From Moniliella sp. 'wahieum' (Eukaryota): DNA of 64,000 bases. Where the stretch lies: contig RSEE01000083.1 of the NCBI GenBank assembly GCA_003971905.1, positions 186,001-250,000 of the forward strand, written 5' to 3'. This document shows, in pieces, positions 1 through 11,619 of this stretch. The first letter of the stretch is position 1; each line of letters starts with the position of its first letter. The position numbers and the translations under genes were made by a program. The notes under the pieces were generated by a model. That model had not been told where the DNA came from. It worked only from the letters and a program-made list of their open reading frames with translations, and searched no databases.

Positions 1-1283
1 GTCTTGAGGTTCTTGTTAAAGTGGTCAGTATGCAGAAGCATGATGGAGGTGGTAAGGATGTAGGGGGGATCTGAGCACCAGCACGTTAGCATACAGGGAA
101 AACGATCACGTAGGAATGGCGGTCAACGCACCTGGATTGGTAAAGATGTCTGAATTGGCCTGGGCATACCGAATGGCGAACGCCTCGAGCATTCGATCAA
201 TCTGCTGCGATTCCTGCGGCAGCGGGACTTGGAGCAAGAACTTCCGCAGCGCCATATCCAATGGGTCACTGGCACAGTCAAACTTCTCCATCCCGGTACG
301 AAGTGCATCAATGTAGAACGCATCACCGTATCCAGCCAAGGTGACCAACGCTTCTGCGTGGCTCATATGCCCCAACAGCCGTCCATAGAACAGTTTGGGG
401 CTTTCGTGCCCCTCGGGCTGAAGCTTAGACCCGTCTGGCAGCTTGACTGGCGGAAGCGAGCGTACGCATAGTCGGTCGTTTCCACCAGCGGCTTGGTTTC
501 CCTCCCTCGCGTCTCAACCGCATGGGGGTGATCACGTTGTCCAGAAGGACCCGACTGAGCCAACTGGGCCTCGTCGCTGTTCCCGGTATCCAACTCCGAC
601 GGCGGGGCAAGAGACGTGGCCTCTGATTCTGCCGGCGCGCCTCGAGACAGGGAGCTGGGGGTAACGTCGGTCGTTGGGGAGTCGTGTGAGAGTTGGGACG
701 CTTGAAGGGGCACAGAAGCGTGCTCGGAACCCGGGTGGGACACAATGACAGGGCCGGTAGACGTCCGAGTCAAGACGGCACCCGGGTGCGAATGCCGGTC
801 GTTCATCTCGTCTTCGTCGCATCGGAGGGGACTCCGCCCTCGAGCGTCGGAGGATCTGGGGCAAAGGCAAGAGGGAGACCAGGTTCTTCGCTGGCCTGCG
901 AGGCGCAGGAGGCATACGACTCGGGATAGACCGACATGTGCTTCAACTCATCACCCAACCGAACAGGAAATCAGCTGGCCAAGGAGGGCCGACGAAGGGC
1001 GGCGGGAAGCAGGTTGCGTGGAGGCCTCCTTGCCCTGGTGCGGAGGCAGGTCCAGGCCCAGACCAAAGATGGTGGCGCCAGGCGACGTGGGTTGGAGTGA
1101 ATCGGGAACGGCGAGCTTGGTGGAGGAAGCATTGTCAGGAGGGGTGACAAGAGCAAGTGGCTTGAGCAATGACTGGCGGCGCGAGACGGGCTCGGACGCC
1201 AAGCCGCCGTGGCTGTGGGAGAGGGCAGCGGATGTGCTGTCTTCATTGGGACGGGGGGCCTGTGGGTGGGAGCATCAGTACAT
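1..1283 (-). CDS. Sec7-domain Arf guanine-nucleotide exchange factor (SYT1-like), 5' part; runs off the left edge
   Basis: ORF 106-375 reads DPLDMALRKFLLQVPLPQESQQIDRMLEAF (Sec7 glutamic-finger motif). After an intron at ~71-131 (minus strand GTGCGT...CTAAC...CAG) it continues PYILTTSIMLLHTDHFNKN (Sec7 motif 2). The Ser/Pro-rich N-terminus is split by frameshifts and the start codon is uncertain. Confidence 0.85.
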
Positions 1284-4250
1284 GACAGAGCGCAGCGACA
1301 GCGGCAGAGCAGCAGCAGCGAGGCACGCACCGTGGAGGGACGCTTGCTGGAGCGCGCGGGGCGGGTAAAGACGCGTGGATGCTCGGTTGGGGAGACAGGC
1401 GGGACGGGTGAGGTGGAGGAGGGGAGAGCGGAAGGGCGGGGTGGCTGGAGGGTTGGGAGGGCAGGGGGGGCAGAGGGGATGTGGGTGGGGGCCCTGGCTG
1501 GGGGCGGGGGGGCGGGTGCAGCCCGTCGTGGAGATGGTGCGGGGAGAGCATGGAGCGGGGACGGAGCTGCGGCGTGGTGTGGCGTGGGGAGGCGAGGGCA
1601 GGGTGCGGGTGCGGGTGAGAGGGAGGGGAGGGATAGGGGGCGTAGGCTGGCCCGGGCGGAGCCGGGCTGGCGAGGCTGGAGAGCATGGCGGGGGAGGTGG
1701 TGGATGTGTGTGGGGCGGGGGTTGACGGTGGCGGAGGCGGTGGCGGTGGCGTGGAGGTGGAGGTGGAGGTGGAGGGGGCAAGGCGGCGGCGCGGCGAGGG
1801 CGTGCGGGATGGGCTGCTGGGCAGGTGCTGGGATGGAACGCAAAGGCGGGAAGGACGGTGGGGGGCGGACGCAGGCGCACGGCAGCTGGGCAGTCAGTCA
1901 CACGAGGCGGTGTCAGAGGCGGGTGTACTTGGTACTTGGCCCACGGCGGCCTCTTGCTGGTGTGCCTGCCCACTAGCCCCCCCGAAGCCCCAACGTGTGT
2001 CCTCCCCCGTCCGGGCGACGCGAGGCAGCTGGGTAGCGCAGCGCAAAGCGCCCGGATGCTGCCCGTCTGATGCAGACCACCTGCCTGCCCAGCCGTGCTG
2101 CAAGCACCAGCCAGGACCAGCCAGCCAAACGGGGCAGCGCCCCAGCGCCCGCGCGGCCGCCGCCATGGCGTGGATGGCTACGTACATGCTCCTAGCCGCC
2201 GTCTGCCAGCAGCCAGCCGAGCGCACTCGCACGCCTATCCCACACCCGCCCACTCTCCCTCCGTCCCGTTCCCCCTTTTCGACGCCTCCCGCACGCCCCA
2301 TCCCTTGAACGTTTGAGATGCCCCCGCCTCCCATGTCACATGTCACGTGTGTCACAGCTCATCCGCCCTCCGTTGGCAGCACGCCACTATCACACAGTGC
2401 GTGGCGTGCCACCGCTGACGATCACCACTCCCTACCGCATGCTCACCGGTCACAGCAAGTGACTTACTGGTCACTATCTCCCAGACCAGCCTCGCGGCTC
2501 CCCCTGTCGCCAACTGCGGGGTCCCACACTCCTGCCCTGCCCCCCTCTCGTCTTGCGCTGCTTGTTCTCTCAGGCTCAGCCATCTCAGCCGCTGGGCGCT
2601 AACGCTGATCTCAGCAGCACCTCGCCAACTCCGCGAGCCAATGCAATCGTGTCACATTCTACTCGCATCTCCGCACTGTCAGCATGGCAGGCCTCAGCAG
2701 CACCCCCCTCACACGCTTCCCTTGGATCGAATCTGAGATCTCACATCTCACATGCATTCGCCATCTCCGCATCACATGCATCGGCCAAGCCAGACAAGCC
2801 CCCCGACTGGGCGCTGAGCCACAGCCACGGAGCTCAGCCTGCGTCCTCGCGTACTCAGCGTACTCAGACATACTCAGCACCCAGCAGCTCACATAATGCG
2901 CTCATGGTATCCGGCCCCATGTACACAACCCAACGACGAAGACAGCTTCTGCTACCGCACTGCTGCAGCTGCCAGCCACTCTCCCGGCTTTCAGGCGCAG
3001 AGCGTCAGGCCTCAAGGCCTCAAAGAAGGTTCCACTGAACGTTCAACGCAACAGCCTCAACAACTCCAACCTCACAACAGAAAAACTTTTTCCTACAGCG
3101 TTTGCCCATTTGCCTCTGCTCAAGGCGCTCAGCTTCAAGCGACCATCGATCAAGCTCTTCAAATGCCCGATGGTTCTCAGCTCCTTCGGGAACTGGTTGA
3201 CCGTTCAGTTCAGTTGAACGTTGAAAACGTTGATGGCTAGGAAGGTCAGTACGTGTCAGTACTCAGACAGCGCCCGTCTTCATCGGTGACCGGTGACCAC
3301 CTCTCACTCCCGAACCCTACCCACACGCCCTACCCTCCGAGAGCCCAAGCAGGCCCAAGCCCCGCCCCCACCCTATCAACGCCAACCTACGCCTGCCCAA
3401 CGTGCAACGTCCCGCCCTCCTCAGACACCCTGGTGCATTGTTCTGCGTTGCCTTGCCCCCGCACCCGCCTGTGCACCCTCGACCACCCACCCGCCGGTCT
3501 CCTGTCTGGCATCTCCGTCAGCACGGCAGCAGCCATGCGTTGTCGCCCCTTCTTGCGACGGTGGGCGCTAGGCCGCCAGTATATAGTAACCGGTGACCGG
3601 TGACATGAAAACCCACCCCGGTACCTTACTTGGGCCTCAGGCGCCCTGATCGCGCCGTGAATTGGGGAAGCCTGGAACCCGATGACGATGATGCGGACGA
3701 TGCGATAATCAACAGCGCGCATAACGTGCAACGTCGATGTGCTGATGCGGGACGCAGCGAGCCACCCACGCGCTTTGCCCTGAGGGTCACGGGTGACGCG
3801 GTGACGTTGCTCCTCACGCGACCCTAGTCCCGTCCCTTGGGCCAGCTGCCACGCGGTTCCTGCATTTTTTTTTGTGGACGCGTATTGTCAGAGAAGCGGA
3901 GGAGAAGCTGTGTTCAGAACCTTCTTGCGTACACGCATACACCGGCGTACACACCCACGCGTTCCACGTTCCACGTTCCACACTCCCATTTCAACTGGTC
4001 AAACTTCCGAATCAGAGGCAGCGCTCGCGATCCTACATTCCGCCTGGCTTCTTCCGCCGCGTGGAGGTCCAAGGAGTTGTTTTTTTTTTTTTTTTCCTCT
4101 CTCGCTTGTGGTACGCACGTACATAGGAAGGAAGCCACATCCCCCCTCCCCTGTGCTGGTTGGTCCACCCTTGGCATCACTCCACGGTTCCAGGGCCATC
4201 AGGCACCACAGATGCCAGCCATCCAAAAAGGTACGTTTCGCGCCCTCTAC

Positions 4251-4349
4251 GCGGAGAGGATGACAATACCCCATTCTTCTCAAGGCCGACCCATCTACCA
4301 CGGGTCGGACGCGATGACTCGAGATTTTGTCATAGTTACCCTGATCCGC
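4251..4349 (+). ncRNA. snR63: Box C/D snoRNA, snR63/U46 family (guide for the LSU rRNA A equivalent to yeast 25S Am2256)
   Basis: Terminal stem GCGGA (4251-4255)/TCCGC (4345-4349), C-box variant AGGATGA (4257-4263), C'-like GCGATGA (4311-4317) and D box CTGA (4341-4344). The D box is preceded by GTCATAGTTAC, complementary to conserved LSU rRNA GUAACUAUGAC, and the D+5 rule lands on the second A. Lies in a GTACGT (4231)...TTTTCAG (4415) intron. Confidence 0.8.
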
Positions 4350-5360
4350 CTCCTGCCATCCTTTTGCATGGCTTTCTGACGCTGAGCGCTGACATGGACA
4401 CGAGCTGATTTTCAGGACCTTGATCGGAAGTGTAAACGACTCTCTCGCACACGCTTCTTTCAACAGGTTTCCAGCTTGATTTTGATTCCCAGATCTCCTT
4501 GCTCTGTTTACAAACTATTCGCACTCGGAGCTGTTCCTCGATCGTCTGGTTTTTGTTACGTGGGAAGTACTCGTGTTACCTAACCCCTATCCCCCCTCTC
4601 CTCTTCCCGTCTCGGATGAATTGTTGTGTGCTGGATTGATCAGGGGGAGCGACTGCTAGGCCATTAACCTGGTCGGAAATGGATATGTGAGCTGTCAACT
4701 AGAGTAAGAAGGCAGATGCACTTTGACACATGACAATCGTGATGGAGGAACATGCTCCAAAAGTGGGTATATAAGTGCTGCAATCTCTCTGGCACTGCCT
4801 ACGCTGTTCAGCGTGCTCGTTCAACAGAGCTGAACGCCAACCGGCGGCAGGACGGTATTGATCGTGCGGGAGGCGCCCAGGCCGACCATGCCAGGGCATA
4901 GCTCATCTCCCCCTCGGTCCAAGCCAGGACTGGCTCAGCTACGCAAAAAGACGAGCTCGGCCAGAATCCACCAGGCTGCTTCCGCTGTGGGTTGGTAGTT
5001 GGTACATGCCGCTGTGACATGGGACAGGCGACGCACGCTTACGTGAGCCGGCACCGCGGTGGCGGGCGGCGGCGGCAGGCCGCCAAAAGGCCAGTGTGCG
5101 CGTCGCGTTTCGCACCCGTCTGCTGAGGTAAGCTGCGGTTGGGTCCACTTTGGGCGACTTGGCCAAATTCCGAGCTTTTGCCGAGCAAACAGAGGAACCG
5201 CTTGCTCTTCCTTGCCACCACTTCCCCTTCGCGCCCCCTTGCCCTGTGCCCTGGCCCGCACCAGCCTCTGCCCTGCTTCTGCACCTCCACCACCTCTCCA
5301 CCCGCGCACATCCTCCTCCCTCCCTCCCTCCTTCCTTCCACCCACACCCGCCTGATCACC

Positions 5361-8300
5361 ATGGCCCCGCGGCGCAAGTCAACCATCAAGAGCGACGACG
5401 ACGACGACGAGGATGCACTCTTGTATGTTCTGCCTGTCCCCACCCTACTGCACCCTACTAACCTGGCCTCGTACGCTTCACCCACCCTAGGCGACCATGA
5501 CCAGCAATTCCAGTGCCCGCCCTCGCTCTGCCGGCCGCGCTTCTGGGCGTCCCAAGCCAGCTGCTGAAGAGAGTGAGGAAGATGACGAACCGCTTGCCAG
5601 ATCGGCGGCCAAATCGGAGCATGACAGTTCATCCGACAGCCTTGGTGGTTCCTCCTCCTCCTCTGAAGACGAAGAAGGGGGCGAGAGCTCGTCGGACGAG
5701 CTGGATGACGACAGAGCGGGGACGCCATCGACCAAGCCCATCTTCTCTGCTGCGGGGGGGCGCAAAAGTGGGGACGCTGTACCACACCGGACCCCGTTTT
5801 CCACCCGACTATGAGCCGTTGCCTTCGCATGTGAAATTGCTGTACGACGGGGTACCGGTCGACCTGCCCCCCGCAGCGGAGGAAGCGGCCATGTTCTATG
5901 CGGTCAAGCTCGAGACGCAGCATGCGCAGAACCCCGTGTTAACAACAACTTTTTCAGTGACTTTAAAAAATACTTGGCCAAGTACCCGCCCGTGGTGCCT
6001 CGGCCGACCTCAAGATTGTCAGTTTCAGCAAGCTCGATTTCCGTCCGATGTATGAACATTGGAAGCAGCTGAAAGATGCTGAGGCGGAGCGCAAAAAGAT
6101 GTTGGCCCCGTCCCAACGCAAAAAGGAGTTGGCCGAACGCAAGGCGGCCGAAGAGGCAATCAAGACGTGCATCGTCGATGGTCAAGTGCAACGCGTGGGC
6201 AACGTGTTGGTCGAGCCGCCAGCGCTGTGTTTTGGGCCGCGGCGCCCATCCCAAAACGGGGTTGATCAAGAAACGTGTCCAGCCCGAACAGATCACTATC
6301 AACACACCCTCAACGACCCGAAGCATCCGCCGCCTGCCCCGCCCCAGGGCCATAAGTGGAAAGAACGTGATTGAGGACAAGCATGCGACCTGGCTCGCGT
6401 TTTGGAATGAGAACATCAATGGCTCGCACAAGTATATGTTCCTCGATGCCACCTCGACGTTCAAGACGGGCTCGGACAAGGCCAAGTACGAAAAGGCGCA
6501 GAGTCTGGATGAGTCGGTCAAGAAGCTGCGGGCCAACTATACACGCATGCTGTCGTCCAAGTCGCGCAAGGAGCGGCAAATTGCGACCGTGATTTGGTTG
6601 ATTGATGTATACTCGCTTCGTGTGGGCAATGAGAAGAAGGAGGACGAGGCAGACACGTATGGTGCCTGTTCGCTCTTGAGCGAGCACTGTACCTTGATTG
6701 AGCCCAATATTGTCAAGCTCTCGTTCTTGGGTAAGGACAGCATGAAGTTTGACGACGAGTTGATCTGTACCGACCAGGTCTTCCGGAACTTTAAAATGTT
6801 TGCCCGCTCCCACGCCAAGGACAAGAAGACGGGACGATTGCCTTGAAGCGCAAGGAGGATCCGATCTTTGAGGTGGTGGACCCGGCCGATGTCAACAAGT
6901 GGCTCCAAAGCGATCGAACGGCGGGATGCCCGGACTGTCCGCCAAGGTGTTCCGTACGTACAATGCGTCGACGACGTTCCAAGCGCTGCTCAACAGAGAC
7001 GGAGGAATGGCTTGCCGCCCGGCCCAACCCGGACGAGCGGGTGTGGAACCCGGCCAACTTAAAGTTGGCCTACAATGAGGCCAACCGCCAAGTGGCCATC
7101 TTGTGCAACCATCAAAAGACGGTGAATGCGCAGTTGCACAGCAAGACGTTGCAGCGGTCGGACGAACGTACGTTTGCGCTTCGGTACGAGCGATACAAGG
7201 AACTTCAAAAGCTCAAGACGGTTGGCTCGATTGCCGAACTCAAGAAACAGTTCCCTGCCAAGGACCACGATGGGCCAAGCAGTGGAACTTGGTGGCCGAA
7301 GAGGTCAAGATCCCGGTTGCGGACATCAAGGCGCATGAGGAACGTGTGGCCGAAGAGAAAAAGGCGCGTCTGCGCGCCCGCTACGAGCGGGACATGCGTG
7401 AACGACAGTACCTCACAGAGCAGGCCAAGAGCACTTCTGCCTCGTCTCGTGGCGGCAAGCAGGAATCGGATGAGGAGGATGCGAAACCGCTCAAGCGGCG
7501 CAAGGTGTCCCAAGGTCGCAAATCGGTCAAGCCAGAGGAGGACGAAGACGCGGCGTTGGAAGGGGCCAACCTCAAGTTCAAGTCGCAAGCTCAATTGGAC
7601 GAAGAGGTGGCCAAGGTGGATGCGCACCTGGCCGAATTGGCCGAGGAGCGCAAGATCACAAGTCCTTAGCCAAGACCATCAACGTTCCCGTTGTCGCCCG
7701 TCGCATCTGGCCAAGGTGGAAGCGAAAAAGGTGGCGGCAGAACGGACCAATAAGGAAAACACCAAGGAAGTTTCCCTCGGCACGTCGAAACTCAACTACA
7801 TTGATCCACGGTGCACCGTTGCCTGGCTCAAGGAGTGGGACCAAAAGCTTGCAATCGTCCGGGTACGGCAAGGGCAAGGCGGCGCCCAAACGGGCTTCGA
7901 ATGGCAGGGCTAAAAAGGAGGAGACGGGCAAGGGAATGGTGACGCCACAAGGCGTCGGAGAAGATGGAGTTGGGCTTGAAGATCATGTCGGTGGGTATGT
8001 TTTTCCCATGACGATGCAAAAGAAGTTCAAATGGGCCGCCGAGGATGACAATGGTCAGCCCTTGTCGGCCAAATGGCAGTTTGTCAGCCACCCCGAAACC
8101 AAAATGCGCGTCATGAACTCGGCGCAAAAGAAGCAAATTGAAGAGGGGGATGCGGCGCCTGCGGCGCCCCTTGCCATTTCACGGGTGTGCGCCCAAGCAG
8201 GAAAGCGAGGACGAGGATGAGGACGATGCGCCGCTGGGCCAAACGGCGTACAAACCACGTGGATCGCGTGGGTCGAGAAGACCAAGCCCAAGGTGGAACC

Positions 8301-8585
8301 CAAGAAGGAACCCAAGAAGGAACCCAAGAAGGAACCCAAGAAGGAGTCCAAGAAGGAGCCCAAGAAGGGGCCCAAGAAGGAGCCCAAGAAGGAGTCCAAG
8401 GAGGAAGAGGACGACGAAGACAGCGACTCAGCTCCACTTGGCATGGGCAAACGGCCGCGCTCCTCCCTCGCCACCGCCACCGTCCCGCCACCAAGATCAA
8501 AGTCAAGTCCGAGGCCAATGGCCGGACCGAGCCAGCGTCCAAACGGCGTAAACTCACTCCTGCCTCCAAACCGCGTAGGTCGTAA
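5361..8585 (+). CDS. TOP1: DNA topoisomerase I (type IB), frameshifted in the assembly
   Basis: Motifs [51 protein letters not shown] (after frame repair), ILCNHQK and the catalytic [13 protein letters not shown]. Intron at ~5423-5490. Charged C-terminal tail. Confidence 0.96.
8296..8400 (+). repeat. 12-bp coding tandem repeat (AAGAAGGARCCC-like, ~9 units) encoding KKEP/KKES in the Top1 tail
   Basis: Seen directly; ORF 8293 reads [35 protein letters not shown]. Confidence 0.9.
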
Positions 8586-9474
8586 CCTAACCAACCCTAA
8601 TCGGACGGAACCCCATCCCGCTTGGCGCTGCCACACGTTATGCTTATGTTTCTCTCCCCATCTGTCCCCCTCCCCCCCATTCTCCTCCGTCCGTCGTAGT
8701 TGTCTCCAGTCCTGCTCTGCGAGGCTTAACCAGCTTAACCAGCTAAACCCCCCCCCTCCCGCCGCCCCCCCATTCGCCCCGCCCTTGCGGCTTCTAAGGA
8801 AAAAAATAACTGATTTGGTCAAGCAATGCACGAGAATCAGCCGTAGTGGCGTTATTGCGTTGTTCTAGGTGCTTGGTATTAGTAGGTACTAAAGGTACTG
8901 CTTGCATTTGCATGGCATGCGGCAGGAATGGCGTCGAACCACTGGCGTTGCACGTTCCTTCATGCAAGCTTCATGGGAGGGTTGAACGTTCAGTTGAACG
9001 TTGATCGTGAGTTTCCCCCCCCGCTCTGGGACCCGCTTCGGGTGCTTGGCCAGTCTCTCAGTCTTTTGCTCCCCTCAAACCAAGACGAGCTCAGGAGGGA
9101 TCGAGCTTCGAGGCCACAGGGAGGCGGGGGCGACCTGGCGACATGACGTGACTGGGGTGGTCCCACCCAGGGGGGGTTCTTCAAGATGTGTAGGCGTGCA
9201 CGAGTAACTAGCTGCCAGAGAGACTAGCTGGCCAAGCTCAAGGTCAAACGAAGCATCAACGAAGCATCATGCATCATGAACCGATGACACTGATTGATGG
9301 CACGTTGAAACGTTTTTGTGAAATTTGTGAATCGCACTGGTTTCATCTTTCATCGCCGCTCTGGCGGGTCCCGGCGGCTGGGCCATCCTAAAAAACCGAC
9401 CACTCGCGCCGCGTTGGAGGCCGTCCGAAGGTGGTGTTGGCGACCTCACTGGCCTCTCTGGCGCCCCCCACCCC

Positions 9475-10731
9475 ATGACCGTGCCCAGCGACAGCGACAT
9501 CCCACCCATCGAGGTACTCATCTCCACGCTTCGAGCGGAGGAGGAGAAGCAAGGCCCGCAGGCCGAGGTGGCAGCGACGTTGGCGGACGAGTTGTTGGCG
9601 GTGAGCAGCATTTACAGCCGGAGCAGATCCGTGTGCTCCCCTTGGCGCCTCCACCCGGTCCACGCCCGAGCCCCAAGGCGTGGCCGTCATTGAGGAACAG
9701 GATGTACTGGCGCGCGCCTATGTTCCAGGTCAGCGCTTGCGCCTGGCCGTGACGATGGAGCTGGAGGTTGCGGGGGAGGAGGATACGTTGTACGGCCGGC
9801 CTGGGCCTGGGGGATACACAGCCCGAGCCGGTCGACTTGCACCTCTCCATCACGCTTCCGGCCCTACCCCGACACGGAGCAGACCCCGCAACTGCAGTGC
9901 TCAATCGGTTTGTCGGTGCGCACGTGGTGGACCCCGGGCTGTTTGGCCAGGTGTTGCGTTGTTTTCTGCATGACCCCCAGGCGATCAAGCCGACTTCGTC
10001 GGCCGGCCCCCGCTCGGACTTACCTGGACGAGGGGCGAACCGATGCTGTTTGAAGCGCTCGAGTGGGCCAAGGAGACCGTGTCGGTTTGGTACAACGACA
10101 AGGAAGAAGAGTTGCGTCTTCGTTCGGAACAATTGGATCGGGAACGGGAGGCGCGGACTCAAGCCGCTGCCGCTGCCGGCTTACCCGCTGACCCTTTCCC
10201 GTCCCGCCCTGAACCCGAACCAAGCGTGGTGCATACCAAGGAGGAATTGGAAGCGCTCGTGACCCAGTTGGGATTCCGAACATCGATGACCATTGTCGAT
10301 CGGAAATCGAGTTGTCGGGTATGCGTGCAAGTTGGACAATGCGGAGCAGGTACCGTTGGTGGTGGAATGGTGTGGACAAGACAAACGCGTCGCACGCGCT
10401 GCCCACCAGCCATCTTTGCTTATAGTGTGACTTGCCCGATGGCACGACGCAACGCGACTTGAGGACGATGGCGAGACGGCCGCCGGAGGACGCTTGGCGC
10501 ATCTACTTTCGATTCTGGTACGTGCCCCTGCTTGTCCGGGCGCAGGTGGAAGGGAGGGAAATCACTAACACCTCGGTCTGGCTCGTGGCAGAACCTGGAC
10601 AATGTGTTGGTCATCGTGACGCGGTGGTGGGGGGGATCGTTGTTGGGACCGGATCGTTCAAGCACATTAACCGCGTCGCCCGGGATGCGCTCGAGAAGGC
10701 TGGGTTTGTGGCACCGGGGGGCAAGAAGTAA
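9475..10731 (+). CDS. YIH1: RWD + IMPACT/UPF0029 domain protein (YIH1/IMPACT-like)
   Basis: N-terminal LADELLAVSSIY and LHLSITLP...MLFEALEW are RWD-like. C-terminal TIVDRKS and LDNVLVIVTRWWGGSLLGPDRFKHINRVARDAL form the IMPACT signature. Several frameshifts. Confidence 0.88.
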
Positions 10732-11619
10732 GTACGGTGTTCGGGATGACGCTAGATGAAGCCTGAAGATCTTCTTGTCCCGTAGTAGGATCCGCTTCGC
10801 ACACCCTTCCTTGCCTGGCGGCCTTGTTCCACGGCCGTGTTCCTGCTGGCGAGTGCATCGTCCGCCGTAGTTGGTGCATCTACGATGGTCTGATCTGGTG
10901 CACTGGTGCGCGGCAAAGCTCCAGTTACCCACACTATCCACCAATCCACTACCACATGCAGAAGGAGATTGTCCGAAGACAAAGGCATGTATGCCCATGT
11001 TCATAGTTCACCCGACTGCTCATTCGTGTTCGTCCCAGCCCATTTGTTTTTTCGTGCCAGAGCCCGAACCGTTCGAGTCGACCCTGTCGACCACGTTCAC
11101 ACCTTCGAGAGACTGAGAGGGAGGGTGATAAGTTGGCAGATGGAGCGGCGGGAACATGCCGATGGGGATGGATCGGCTGCCACACCACCTAAGCCAAGAG
11201 ATGGTGGGGGGAGAAGACACTCCCGTTGTTTTGCAGTGGTAACTTGATCCATTGACGGCCGAAAACTGCGTGCTGCCATGCTGCGCCGCCCTGGCCCGAG
11301 TTCGCACCGTCCACTTCTCTTCGTTCTCGACATTCAATATTCATGGTCCTAATGTCCGCACTGCCGCTTACGAGCTACGGTCCAACTTCCCACACAAAGA
11401 TTCCGTAGAGAATTATTGATGCTCTGTCCAAATCTGGGAGGAGAGGAGGAAAGGAGGAGACGGGGAGACGGCCCGGGGGAGACAGGGAGACGGGGAGAGG
11501 AAGAGGGAGAGGGGAGCAGGGAGATGGAGAGGGGGGATGAGCATACAACATGCAGTGCAAAGAAATGCAGGGATCGAATTGATGAGGGTCGTGCGTTGGT
11601 TCGTAAGAGGGTAGTGCAA

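Noticed and set aside
971..2308. Several 200-290 aa Pro/Gly/Arg-rich ORFs
   Set aside because: They arise from stop-poor G/C low-complexity DNA and are open in many frames on both strands with no domain signal.
8296..8400. Tandem repeats (here, 19855-19935, 39233-39325) as a CRISPR array
   Set aside because: Units are 7-12 bp with no unique spacers, no cas genes are present, and the context is eukaryotic.
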